NCBI GenBank assembly: GCA_040880185.1
Contig: JBBDIY010000058.1
Location: 8,046-72,045 of the forward strand
Reading direction: 5' to 3'
DNA from: Paenibacillaceae bacterium
Lineage (GTDB): Bacteria; Bacillota; Bacilli; Paenibacillales; UBA4045
DNA length: 64,000 nucleotides
Under the pieces are notes generated by a model, which saw only the letters and a program-made list of their open reading frames with translations, made no database searches and was not told where the DNA came from. Every line of letters begins with the position of its first letter. The stretch's first letter is position 1. Below, piece by piece: positions 1 through 8,642 of the stretch. The translations under genes were made by a program, and so were the position numbers.

Positions 1-440
1 GTGGCCGTAGGGTCAATGCCTTCCGCGATGTTCGCAGGTACGATCAAAGTGAGATTTAATGGGTCCGCTCTGACAGCGAGGAAGCCGGACAATCCGCCAA
101 TTCCGAACAGCAGCAGGGCGAAGATAATGAACAAGGCTCTAGCCCCAATCAATGCTGGAAAATAGTGCAGGAAAAACGTCCTCAGCTGCTGAGAACTCTT
201 ATTGCTTTCCCGATACATCATATTATGGGCGCGGGCAATGAGATGGTTGAGCATCACGGTTGTCTCATTCGCAGGATCGTGGGTTTGCATGGATGCCAAG
301 TGGGCGGACACAGTCTTGTATAATTCGGTGAAACGATCGAGCTGGATCGCGGTGAGCTTGGACTTCTTCTTATTCATCTGCCCTAGCAACCATTCAAGCT
401 CCGTCCACACGGTCTTATTGTCTCGAATAAAACGATTCAT
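1..440 (-). CDS. Stage II sporulation protein M-like (DUF95) membrane protein, N-terminal part; gene runs off the window start
   Basis: Not in the ORF track. My reverse-strand translation from ATG at 440 is open to position 1: MNRFIRDNKTVWTELEWLLGQMNKKKSKLTAIQLDRFTELYKTVSAHLASMQ...FFLHYFPALIGARALFIIFALLLFGIGGLSGFLAV. GGAGG lies about 13 nt upstream. The N-terminal helical region followed by a TM segment, and divergence from an RDD gene, are typical of the family. Confidence 0.6.
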   Translation of the reverse strand, partial: MNRFIRDNKTVWTELEWLLGQMNKKKSKLTAIQLDRFTELYKTVSAHLASMQTHDPANETTVMLNHLIARAHNMMYRESNKSSQQLRTFFLHYFPALIGARALFIIFALLLFGIGGLSGFLAVRADPLNLTLIVPANIAEGIDPTA

Positions 441-510
441 TTCCAATGTAGGTCCTCCACGTGTTCTTTTTGTCCATGTTATCATAATTTGATTCGCTCA
501 AGGAGGCGCT

Positions 511-1311
511 ATGTACGATTCTCTAGAAAAAAACTTGACCGTCGTCACCCCCGAGCAAGTTCAGCTCCAATTCCAAACCGCAGGGATCGGCAGTCGAGCG
601 ATGGCGCAACTATTGGATTTACTCATCTTGGTGCTTCTCAACACAGGTATCTTCTTCGCCTTGTTCGGACTTGCATCCCTATCCGATGGTGAACCGCAAT
701 CCTCCACGGGTAGTGATTATGCGGCAGCGATATTCATTATATTCTTAATCTTGATCAATGTAGGCTACTTCATATGCACCGAGTATTACATGGGTGGGCA
801 AACACCAGGCAAGCGCATATTTGGCCTGCGCGTCATTCAAGATAACGGTCAATCCGCCACCTTCCTCGCTGTTATTATCCGCAATTTTTTTCGATTGCTG
901 GATGTGCTGCCTTCGTTTTATTTTCTGGGTGTAGTTGTGATGCTCTTCAGTAAGAAGGATAAACGAATTGGGGATATGGTCGCAGGAACGATTGTGGTAG
1001 TTGAGCTACAGCGAGAGCGGTTGAAGCGACGCAAGACGATGAATAAAGCCATCGTCAGCTGGCAAAACCGTTTACCTGAACTCCATCTGGAGGATACGGG
1101 CAAGCGGGTGTTCACCGCGAAAGATTGGTTGATCCTCAGCTCATGGGTGGAGAGGTTGCCGAATATGCATAGCATTAGACTTGAAGAGCTAGGGAAGCCA
1201 ATCGCTGAATACTTGGCGGCTAAGCTACAGCATCCACCCGAGGTCACAACGAACACGCAGGCGTATTTGATCGCCCTGTATGTGGCATTACGAGAAGATT
1301 GGGAAGTGTAA
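511..1311 (+). CDS. RDD family membrane protein
   Basis: 266-aa ORF with AAGGAGG RBS. Shows TM segments and an RDD-family-like core (GQTPGKRIFGLRVI...KRIGDMVAGTIVV). Confidence 0.8.
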   Translation: MYDSLEKNLTVVTPEQVQLQFQTAGIGSRAMAQLLDLLILVLLNTGIFFALFGLASLSDGEPQSSTGSDYAAAIFIIFLILINVGYFICTEYYMGGQTPGKRIFGLRVIQDNGQSATFLAVIIRNFFRLLDVLPSFYFLGVVVMLFSKKDKRIGDMVAGTIVVVELQRERLKRRKTMNKAIVSWQNRLPELHLEDTGKRVFTAKDWLILSSWVERLPNMHSIRLEELGKPIAEYLAAKLQHPPEVTTNTQAYLIALYVALREDWEV

Positions 1312-1535
1312 ATGAAGTCATGAACGGAACGATCATTCTCATCATTCTATTGAATCGATGGAGCAGCTAGAGATCGATTCATGCAAACGGGTTACCATCT
1401 ACCTACGCTACTCGGCGACTATGCAAGTACATGGTTTAGGTTGGAAGTGGTGGAGTAGTGACAATGGTACTAGTTACAGCGATTTAGTTGTAATGGACAG
1501 GTGAAAGATGAGCGGAATGTTAATAAGTTACGACT

Positions 1536-1560
1536 AGACTCCTTTGGGAGTCTTTCTATT
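1536..1560 (+). terminator. Candidate rho-independent terminator (AGACTCC-TTTG-GGAGTCT followed by a T-rich tail)
   Basis: 7-bp perfect stem at 1536-1542/1547-1553, then TTCTATT. Lies 225 nt after the RDD stop, so the transcript it ends is uncertain. Confidence 0.35.
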
Positions 1561-1576
1561 GGGTGTCACCTTCTAC

Positions 1577-1605
1577 TTTACATTTATAAAGCGGAGTGAT
1601 ATTCT
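1577..1605 (+). promoter_or_regulatory. Candidate sigma-A promoter (TTTACA-17 nt-TATTCT with TGn extension) for an antisense RNA
   Basis: TTTACA at 1577-1582, 17-nt spacer, TG at 1597-1598, TATTCT at 1600-1605. Points into the 3' end of the small minus-strand ORF. Confidence 0.4.
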
Positions 1606-1611
1606 AAAGAC

Positions 1612-1737
1612 AAGAAAGACACAGGCGTTAGGTACCTGTGCCGAGTGTAACAGTGGACACCCACAGCTCACCGTTATGTTACAAACACACGATAAAGCCA
1701 CCATCCGGGTCCTCTAACCTTTAGGTGGTTTTTTTCT
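1612..1737 (+). ncRNA. Candidate cis-antisense (antitoxin-like) sRNA overlapping the 3' end and 3' UTR of the small toxin-like ORF
   Basis: Would start a few nt after the promoter above and end at a CCACC...GGTGG stem plus a T7 run (1699-1737). No ORF with an RBS on this strand. Ends are inferred, not measured. Confidence 0.35.
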
Positions 1738-1836
1738 GCCCAAGAGATATTTGACGAACTTAACGACATTTAACAATATATTAATAATTGCGTTAAGCAG
1801 TTGAATAATCACTATGATAGCAGCAACAACGGTCAT
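1714..1836 (-). CDS. Small hydrophobic peptide, type I toxin-like (40 aa): MTVVAAIIVIIQLLNAIINILLNVVKFVKYLLGRKKPPKG
   Basis: Below the ORF-track size cut-off; hand translated. AAGGGGG RBS 7 nt before ATG. One predicted TM helix plus a basic C-terminal tail, as in BsrG/TxpA-type toxins. Has its own promoter and terminator. Confidence 0.55.
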   Translation of the reverse strand: MTVVAAIIVIIQLLNAIINILLNVVKFVKYLLGRKKPPKG

Positions 1837-1890
1837 ATAACACCCCCTTTCGGGTTAGCTATGAGCCCGTCCACCGTTCCACTAATTTAC

Positions 1891-1920
1891 ATTATATCAG
1901 AGGCACCCTTCGAGTGTCTA
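1891..1920 (-). promoter_or_regulatory. Sigma-A type promoter for the small toxin-like ORF (TAGACA-18 nt-TGATATAAT)
   Basis: On the minus strand: -35 TAGACA (1920-1915), 18-nt spacer, extended -10 TGATATAAT (1899-1891). The ~55-nt leader contains CCC-GAAA-GGG, which overlaps the SD. Confidence 0.55.
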
Positions 1921-2066
1921 TTTTGTTGTCGAAAGAAGGCGAATTGATAGTATTCCAGCTATACATCAAGCCAAATTGAGCAAAAGGATATATAATCAAG
2001 AAGTCGAACATATGCGACAGAAAAGTCTGTTTAATAAGTGAATATGCTCACAAAGGATGTGCACAC

Positions 2067-2321
2067 ATGTATAAAGAATTACAGCATGTTGCCCTTGTTG
2101 TTCAGGATTTGGAGAAGGAAAGGCACTTTTATGAAGAGATTCTTGGGTTTCAAGTAAGCAAGGACCGACCGGATTTCGATTTCGATGGAATCTGGTATCA
2201 CATGGGCAGCTCGGAGCTGCATCTGGTTGTTCCGAATGTCCCCAGTGTCGGTGTGGAAAGTGAGCTTGGCAAAGGGAGCCTGTTTTACTGTACACTTCCT
2301 ATTTATTATGGAGATAATTGA
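2067..2321 (+). pseudogene. VOC/glyoxalase-family protein, N-terminal module only (truncated)
   Basis: MYKELQHVALVVQDLEKERHFYEEILGFQV...ELHLVV is a first beta-alpha-beta3 VOC module. The second module is missing. The reading frame runs into the 3' end of the convergent response-regulator gene. Confidence 0.6.
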
Positions 2322-2730
2322 CCAGCTTCGCTGCAACCTCGATGGGAAGAAAATATTGACCCTTCATGGCGTCACGAATGCTCTGAAGGAGCAGAGTATA
2401 TTCGGCTCTCTTTAATAAATACCCATTCGCTCCATTCGCAAGTCCCTCAATAACATATTCATCCTCATTGAATGTGGTTAGTATAAGAATAATGACCTTA
2501 GAATTACGCTCTCTGATCTTCTTAATGGCTTCTATACCATTCATGATGGGTAACTGGATATCCATAAGAACTAAATCAGGCTTGTACTGCTCTGTTTTCT
2601 TAATGGCATCAAGACCGTCTTGCGAGGTGGCCACAACTTCCATATCTGCTTCCGGATTGATCACTAGTTCAAGCCCATTGCGAATTAATGTCTCATCATC
2701 AACGACAAGCACTTTAATATGTGTAGTCAT
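2299..2730 (-). CDS. NarL/LuxR-family response regulator truncated to the receiver domain (no HTH output domain)
   Basis: VLVVDDETLIRNGL...DLVLMDIQLPIMNG...ILILTTF...GANGYLLK is a complete REC domain. The protein stops in the linker (IEVAAKLVNYLHNK*). No cognate kinase is adjacent. Confidence 0.7.
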   Translation of the reverse strand: MTTHIKVLVVDDETLIRNGLELVINPEADMEVVATSQDGLDAIKKTEQYKPDLVLMDIQLPIMNGIEAIKKIRERNSKVIILILTTFNEDEYVIEGLANGANGYLLKRAEYTLLLQSIRDAMKGQYFLPIEVAAKLVNYLHNK

Positions 2731-2834
2731 ATAGGGTCCTTTCTAACCAAGTTGTACCACTCCAGTTTATACGATATCATTAGTTTATCGTATTTCTGCT
2801 TTTTCTGCTATTCAAGCTAATACAAGGAGGGTTT

Positions 2835-3716
2835 ATGATGCTAAGAAGAACGATTGGTCGTCTTGGTTATGAAGGCTCGGTGGTCATGTTCGGTGCTGCA
2901 AGTCTAGGCGGTGTAACCCAGTTAGAAGCTGATCAGTCTATTGCCTACGCATTAGAGCATGGTGTTAATCATTTCGATACGGCAGCAGGTTATGGTGATG
3001 CTGAACTCCGAATGGCACCGACGATTAGCAAGGTTCGCAAAGATATATTCTTAGCGACCAAGACGGGACAGAGGTCGAAGAAAGAAGCTAAGGAAGAAAT
3101 CTATCGCTCCTTGAAGCGGATGCAAGTAGATTCCGTTGATTTGCTTCAATTGCATGCAGTCGGCACGATGGAGGAATTGGATCTCTGTACGGAGCGAGGT
3201 GGAGCACTAGAGGCAGCAATTGAAGCTAAAGAAGAAGGCATTGTGAAGGCGATTGGAATTACGGGTCATGGACATCAAGCTCCTCTTGTGCACTTGGAGG
3301 CACTTCGTCGTTATCCATTCGAGACCGTATTGTTTCCACTCAATTACTATATGTATTCCATACCCGAATATCGGGAAGCGGTCGATGCATTGATGGAAGA
3401 GGCTCATCGACAAACCGTAGCGGTTCGTGTTATTAAGGCGATTGCCAAAGGTCCGTGGGGTGTGGAGCAGAAACGGAATTATGCAACTTGGTATGAGCCG
3501 TTTGATCAACAGGAGATTATTGATGCTTGTGTACATTTTGTGCTTTCCTTCCCTGGGGTGGTTGGGTTCGCTAGTGCGGGTGATATTCATCTATTCCCAC
3601 TCATCGTTCAAGCGGTTCAGACATACGGTTCGATGAACGAAGATCAAGTGAAGCATATTCTAGGCTCGCTTACTGAGTACAAATCTGTATTCGGAGCACC
3701 AACATCGATCGCATAA
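2835..3716 (+). CDS. Aldo/keto reductase family oxidoreductase
   Basis: 293 aa with GGAGG RBS. AKR hallmarks: [27 protein letters not shown]. Confidence 0.85.
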   Translation: MMLRRTIGRLGYEGSVVMFGAASLGGVTQLEADQSIAYALEHGVNHFDTAAGYGDAELRMAPTISKVRKDIFLATKTGQRSKKEAKEEIYRSLKRMQVDSVDLLQLHAVGTMEELDLCTERGGALEAAIEAKEEGIVKAIGITGHGHQAPLVHLEALRRYPFETVLFPLNYYMYSIPEYREAVDALMEEAHRQTVAVRVIKAIAKGPWGVEQKRNYATWYEPFDQQEIIDACVHFVLSFPGVVGFASAGDIHLFPLIVQAVQTYGSMNEDQVKHILGSLTEYKSVFGAPTSIA

Positions 3717-3733
3717 ATTAAGCAGAGACACGA

Positions 3734-4237
3734 CTATCTATGTTCTTTCCTTCCGAATATGATCCAAACTCCGACAAGGATGAGGAGAATGGCGAGTATA
3801 GGTTGACCTAAGATCAAGGAATTGAAAAGTGAGCCTAGGGTGAAGATGGCAAAGAACAAGATCGATAGTACGGTCAGAATATTAATCGGGATAAGCAACC
3901 ATTTGTTACGGCTACCGAACCAATAGAATTCGAAGAGACCAACAACAACGGCGAATATAAATCCGGGCCATGTCACACTCCAATTACCGAACAGCATAGA
4001 AACCTGACAAACAGCACCCACTGTTAACAAGATTCCACCGGGAATAAGCAGACCGACACCCTTGCGATCCGTCATTCTGAAGAATAGCCAGTGGAAGAAC
4101 AAGCCCAATGGGATGACGAATATACTCGGCCAGAAGTAGCCTATGAGATCTCCTGCTCCGAATGATTCGCCTCGATTGAGTAATAAGAAAACGCCTAGCA
4201 GGATAATGATGGGTCCCATAATTGTTCGTATATTCAT
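3734..4237 (-). CDS. Polytopic membrane protein (LiaF-like/DUF5668-type TM region)
   Basis: 167 aa, 5-6 hydrophobic helices, no soluble domain. The family call rests on pattern only. Confidence 0.55.
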   Translation of the reverse strand: MNIRTIMGPIIILLGVFLLLNRGESFGAGDLIGYFWPSIFVIPLGLFFHWLFFRMTDRKGVGLLIPGGILLTVGAVCQVSMLFGNWSVTWPGFIFAVVVGLFEFYWFGSRNKWLLIPINILTVLSILFFAIFTLGSLFNSLILGQPILAILLILVGVWIIFGRKEHR

Positions 4238-4468
4238 TGATAATTGCTCCTTTAATTAGGATTGATGGTGTTGGTTTCATGAGTTCAATACATGTAGTGT
4301 ACTATTAGGCAAGCAGCTCTGTCATCGTTCCGAGGTTGGAAGTTACTCAGTCTGAGGTCTTACACCTCACAAAACTACAGACAGCAATATTCGAGGCACA
4401 GGACAAGTATCCCGAAGCTAAATTCGTTCATATTTGAGTCGTATTACGTGTTGAAAGAGGATTAGTCT

Positions 4469-5332
4469 ATGAAGTTGGATCGTGAACAACCTATGAATTG
4501 GCGTCTTCTCGATGGAAGTAAAAGCCCCCTAGATGGGAAGGCACTTCTCCCATTTGCTGTTGATGAGTTGGAGTGCCGACTCGTAGGTAAGGGTGCTCAG
4601 CCATTCGTTCATATATGGCGACACGAGAAGGCTTTCATCCTTGGATTGCGTGATCGTAAGCTGGAGATGGCCGCTGATGGAATGGAATCGCTGAACCATC
4701 AAGGGTATGCGGTTGCTGTGAGGAATTCTGGCGGGGCTGCAGTTCCGTTAGATGAAGGAGTATTGAATATATCATTAATCTTACCTAATCCGACGGGAAT
4801 AACGAATTTGCATGAGGATTTTGCAATCATGGCGGATTTGATTCGCGAGACGATCCATGAGTTAACAGGGACGATTGAAGTAAGTGTGGGTGAGGTCGTA
4901 GGGGCCTATTGTCCAGGTGCTTTCGATCTGGCAATAGGAGGTCGTAAATTTTGTGGGATCGCTCAACGCCGGCAGACCGGCGCTTATATTGTTCAGGCGT
5001 TCATTGTGATTGAAGGTGTTGGAGCAGAACGTGCCCGATTGGTTGCTGACTTCTACCGCGATGCTGCTGGGGATAACGATAAGGGATTCCCAACCATCTT
5101 GGAGCAGGCAACAGCTAGTGTTCAGGAGTCAATCGATGCGACCTCGGTCTTGGCTTCGGATTTGGCTGCGGTTTCGAACTCGATTTCGATTGTACATTTT
5201 GTACAGAAATTTAAGGAGATTCTCTTAAGGGGAAACGCACCACTGCAGCTATCTAACCACTATGATCATTATGATCAAGAAGAGCTGAATCAACTGATTA
5301 CGCAGATGGAGAGTAGATATAGTACAGATTAG
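4469..5332 (+). CDS. lipL: Biotin/lipoate A/B protein ligase family protein, LipL-like octanoyl-[GcvH]:protein N-octanoyltransferase
   Basis: Blocks VRNSGGAAVPLDEGVLNISLILP and GEVVGAYCPGAFDLAIGGRKFCGIAQRR match what I recall of B. subtilis LipL. Length of 287 aa is similar. Confidence 0.7.
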   Translation: MKLDREQPMNWRLLDGSKSPLDGKALLPFAVDELECRLVGKGAQPFVHIWRHEKAFILGLRDRKLEMAADGMESLNHQGYAVAVRNSGGAAVPLDEGVLNISLILPNPTGITNLHEDFAIMADLIRETIHELTGTIEVSVGEVVGAYCPGAFDLAIGGRKFCGIAQRRQTGAYIVQAFIVIEGVGAERARLVADFYRDAAGDNDKGFPTILEQATASVQESIDATSVLASDLAAVSNSISIVHFVQKFKEILLRGNAPLQLSNHYDHYDQEELNQLITQMESRYSTD

Positions 5333-5381
5333 AAGCTGAATAATGGTTTGCTCAAGCTAAGAAGCATATGCCCCCGAAGCG

Positions 5382-5403
5382 AGTTTTCTCCGAAAACTTT
5401 TAC
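5382..5403 (+). terminator. Terminator-like hairpin after the lipL-like gene (AGTTTTC-TCC-GAAAACT + TTT)
   Basis: 7-bp stem at 5382-5388/5392-5398 followed by a short T run. Confidence 0.45.
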
Positions 5404-5408
5404 TTGGT

Positions 5409-5881
5409 TTAAGTTCCTTGACGTCTCAACCAGTTTGTTAATGTGTTTACTGGGATGTTAAATTCCTCAGCAATGTCTGGAAGAGATTTTTTGTTCGAAT
5501 TTGAACATATAGGATTTGGGGGAATGAATAGCGCAAATATACACTTAATCCACTTAGAATAGGGCGAAGTGAAGAAATAGTAACGATATACAACAAAAGA
5601 TCGAAATACCAAGAAATTCTCATGGAAATTCGAATTCAGTTGTAAAATCGCACTAATTATTGGTTAATGATCACATTACGTAGTAAACAGTTGTAATATC
5701 GCAGCTAAATTGCTCACTTCAACGATTTGTAGGTGTATGTTCCTATACCAACTCCCGTCCAACAATACAATATTATGTGTTATCACATCAAAGGACGCCG
5801 CAAGGCGTTTTTCTTATCTTGGATGTACTTCACCGTTTGTTCTTTAAACTCTTTACTGTGATGCGTACGTTGTTGTCCCAT
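5409..5881 (-). mobile_element. IS3-family transposase OrfA relic (N-terminal HTH part), interrupted and truncated
   Basis: Minus-strand ATG at 5881 (GGAG RBS) gives MGQQRTHHSKEFKEQTVKYIQDKK..., then loses homology. The HTH continuation KKSLPDIAEEFNIPVNTLTNWLRRQGT* is at 5492-5409. The two pieces are separated by about 0.3 kb of unrelated sequence. No OrfB is present. Confidence 0.6.
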
Positions 5882-6105
5882 CTTACACACTCCGCTCCCA
5901 TGTCACTCTCCAAGGTAGATTATAATCTCCCCCAAAAGTCAATTAGGGTTTTTCCCATGTGCGAGTCATAAATTTCAAGGGTTTTCCCTAATTGTATGCT
6001 TTAACGAATGCCCTTATTGTGTAAATACATCATGATTTCAATACATTAGATGGCTCCCCCAAGATAAATCTGAAAACGAGAACCATGTTTAGGAGGTGAA
6101 GTACA

Positions 6106-8052
6106 ATGCCCGTTCATTCCAGCAGTAGCGAAGCATTTCGCGAGATGTTTATTTTTGAAACGATTCAACTCATTGGGAAGCTTGAACAAATCATATTGAA
6201 TAGTGAAAAGTGTAACAATCTAGACACGCATGCTATTGATGAAATATTTAGGATTATGCATACAATTAAAGGCTCCTCCTCGATGATGTTCTATAAGCAT
6301 ATTGCGTTAGTTACTCATTCGGTTGAAGATGTGTTCTTCTATTTGCGCGATGAAAGAGAGAAAGAGTTTGATTGTGCCAAGCTAACAGATATCGTGTTAG
6401 AAGTAATTGACTTCATCAAGGTTGAAATAACAAAGCTTCAGGATGGACAAGATTTGGAAGGCGATCCATCTATACTGATCCAGGATATCCATGGATTCTT
6501 AGAACGTCTGAAGAACCCATCGACAGCAGGAACAATGTTAAATCCATATGAAGCTGTATTTAATTTTGTAGATGGCTGTGAGATGGAGAACATTAGAGCA
6601 TTCGGCATCATCCATAAACTGAAAGATAGGGCAGAGAACATCCGACATGTGCCAGAAGATCTGATTGATGATGAGAGCAGCATCGGGATCATTCGAAAAG
6701 ATGGGTTTAAGATTCTATTCCATTCGGAAGGACCTCAGGAGGAAATGTATGGTTTCCTCCAGGAAACGCTCTTTATTAAAGATTTTACATTGCGAGTCAT
6801 AGAGAAGAAGGTCATAAGCTTAGAGGAACCCATAATCGATCTGCTTGAGAAGACACCTGAGAAAGAATTGCGACCGGACAATCAAATTTCCACGAATAAG
6901 CAAAGTATCATCAGTGTGAGCGTTACAAAATTGGACAAGCTGATGGACCTTGTTGGCGAGATGGTCATTTCCGAAGCGATGGTTACACAAAACCCTGAAT
7001 TAGCTGACTTGGAGTTAGATAGCTTCCATAAAGCATCAAGGCAGTTAAAGAAGATTACGAATGAGCTGCAGGACATGGTCATGTCGATCCGCATGGTGGA
7101 GATTTCCACGACCTTTCACAAATTAAACCGAATTGTAAGAGATATGTCTAGAAAACTAAATAAAGAGGTTCAATTGCAAGTCATCGGTGAGGAAACAGAG
7201 GTAGATAAGAACATTATTGACCATATCTCAGATCCATTAATGCACCTAATTCGCAATGCTATAGATCATGGCTTGGAGCATGCCGAGGAACGCAAGGAGC
7301 AGGGCAAATCGGAGATCGGGACGATCACGCTTGAGGCGAAGAATGCTGGAAGTGAAGTATGGATTACGGTCAGGGATGATGGCAGGGGTCTTGATAAGCA
7401 GAAAATATTAAAAAGGGCAAGGGAGAACGGCCTGATTGTCCGACCAGAAAGCGAATTGACCGACAAAGAAATATACGCATTCATTTTCTTTGCAGGATTC
7501 TCCACGAACGAACAAGTCACGGAGTATTCAGGCCGTGGTGTAGGTATGGATGTAGTTACAAAGAATATTGAAGCTTTAGGCGGAGCCGTTTCTGTGGATA
7601 GCGTGCAATATAAAGGAACCGTTATCACGATAAAAATTCCGCTCACCTTAGCAATTATTGACGGAATGACCATCACAGTAGGAGGACTGAAGTATACGGT
7701 ACCAACGACCTCCATTAAGCAGTCCTTTAGAATAACACCCGCCGAAGTGATTCGAGATCCGAATAATAACGAGATGATCCTGGTTCGCGGGCAATGCCAC
7801 CCGATCATAAGATTGCATGAATTATTCAAGGTTCAAACCAGAATCACAAACTTACATGAAGGCATCATTATGATGGTGGAGAATGACGATAATATCGTTT
7901 GTCTGTTCGCAGATGAGCTGATCGATAAACAGCAGGTCGTTGTCAAGACAATGCCAAGCTACTTCAAGAAGATGAATGGAATAGCAGGTTGCACCATATT
8001 AGGCGATGGGAGTATTAGCTTAATACTAAATACATCAGATTTTTTCACATAG
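6106..8052 (+). CDS. cheA: Chemotaxis histidine kinase CheA (no receiver domain)
   Basis: Hpt H-box HTIKGSSSMM, dimerisation region, N-box HLIRNAIDHG, G-boxes DDGRGLD and GRGVGMD, C-terminal CheW-like domain. GGAGG RBS. Confidence 0.9.
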   Translation: MPVHSSSSEAFREMFIFETIQLIGKLEQIILNSEKCNNLDTHAIDEIFRIMHTIKGSSSMMFYKHIALVTHSVEDVFFYLRDEREKEFDCAKLTDIVLEVIDFIKVEITKLQDGQDLEGDPSILIQDIHGFLERLKNPSTAGTMLNPYEAVFNFVDGCEMENIRAFGIIHKLKDRAENIRHVPEDLIDDESSIGIIRKDGFKILFHSEGPQEEMYGFLQETLFIKDFTLRVIEKKVISLEEPIIDLLEKTPEKELRPDNQISTNKQSIISVSVTKLDKLMDLVGEMVISEAMVTQNPELADLELDSFHKASRQLKKITNELQDMVMSIRMVEISTTFHKLNRIVRDMSRKLNKEVQLQVIGEETEVDKNIIDHISDPLMHLIRNAIDHGLEHAEERKEQGKSEIGTITLEAKNAGSEVWITVRDDGRGLDKQKILKRARENGLIVRPESELTDKEIYAFIFFAGFSTNEQVTEYSGRGVGMDVVTKNIEALGGAVSVDSVQYKGTVITIKIPLTLAIIDGMTITVGGLKYTVPTTSIKQSFRITPAEVIRDPNNNEMILVRGQCHPIIRLHELFKVQTRITNLHEGIIMMVENDDNIVCLFADELIDKQQVVVKTMPSYFKKMNGIAGCTILGDGSISLILNTSDFFT

Positions 8053-8103
8053 TCACGATGGTTTTCAAGGTAGATCAGAAAGTATAAAGAGGAGCTGAAC
8101 AAT

Positions 8104-8595
8104 ATGTCGGAGGCAATCAGTGAAGTGTTCGTGGAAGAGGATACATTAAAGGGAAAGTTCCTTACATTCCCTCTCGGGACAGAGGATTACGGTATTGAAA
8201 TCAAATTCGTTACAGAAATCGTCGGGATCCAAGCGATCACCCCAATTCCGGGAATTCCCGAGTACATCAAAGGGATCATTAACTTAAGAGGCAAGATCAT
8301 CCCGGTCATGGATGTGCGATTGCGTTTCAAGAAAGAACCTAAAGCGTACAACGATCGAACCTGCATTGTTGTTATTGATATCAAGGAGGTGACTATTGGG
8401 CTCATCGTCGACAGCGTTTCGGAAGTTATATCGATCCCAGATGAGAACATCATTGAACCGCCCCATGTTAATAAAAATATTAACAATAGATTCATAGAAA
8501 GTATTGCCAAGATCAACAGTGCTGTGAAGTTAATATTGGATTGCGACAAACTGTTGAACGAAGAGGATTTGGCGGAACTAGAATTATTATCGTAA
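8104..8595 (+). CDS. cheW: Chemotaxis coupling protein CheW
   Basis: 163-aa single CheW-like domain ([16 protein letters not shown]...[10 protein letters not shown]). Confidence 0.9.
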   Translation: MSEAISEVFVEEDTLKGKFLTFPLGTEDYGIEIKFVTEIVGIQAITPIPGIPEYIKGIINLRGKIIPVMDVRLRFKKEPKAYNDRTCIVVIDIKEVTIGLIVDSVSEVISIPDENIIEPPHVNKNINNRFIESIAKINSAVKLILDCDKLLNEEDLAELELLS

Positions 8596-8642
8596 AAAAT
8601 TTAGCTTATGCTTACATCAGAAACTTTCAGGAGGAATTAACT

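Noticed and set aside
202-492. 96-aa plus-strand ORF in the track
   Set aside because: It is antisense to a much better-supported minus-strand gene (SpoIIM-like, start 440 with RBS). It has no RBS and a low-complexity translation.
1312-1535. Riboswitch or known structured RNA in the 225-nt gap after the RDD gene
   Set aside because: No match to any motif I can recognise (tRNA, 6S, SRP, tmRNA, common riboswitches). Only a terminal hairpin at 1536-1553 can be supported.
5941-5993. 9-bp inverted repeat CAATTAGGG/CCCTAATTG and a CCCCCAAAAGT stretch resembling an IS150-type terminal repeat, upstream of cheA
   Set aside because: Its orientation relative to the OrfA relic is wrong for a left end, and the resemblance rests on memory of one IS end. 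Too weak to call an IS boundary or operator.
6438-8549. Numerous 60-190-aa minus-strand ORFs inside cheA/cheW, and similar ORFs inside the MCP, ABC, glgP, permease, glnS and por genes
   Set aside because: They are antisense shadow ORFs within strongly supported genes. They lack RBSs and have biased, low-complexity translations.
8541-8642. Upstream extension of the MCP ORF (track start 8541)
   Set aside because: It overlaps the cheW 3' end. The AGGAGG RBS and the typical MCP N-terminus [10 protein letters not shown] begin at 8643.
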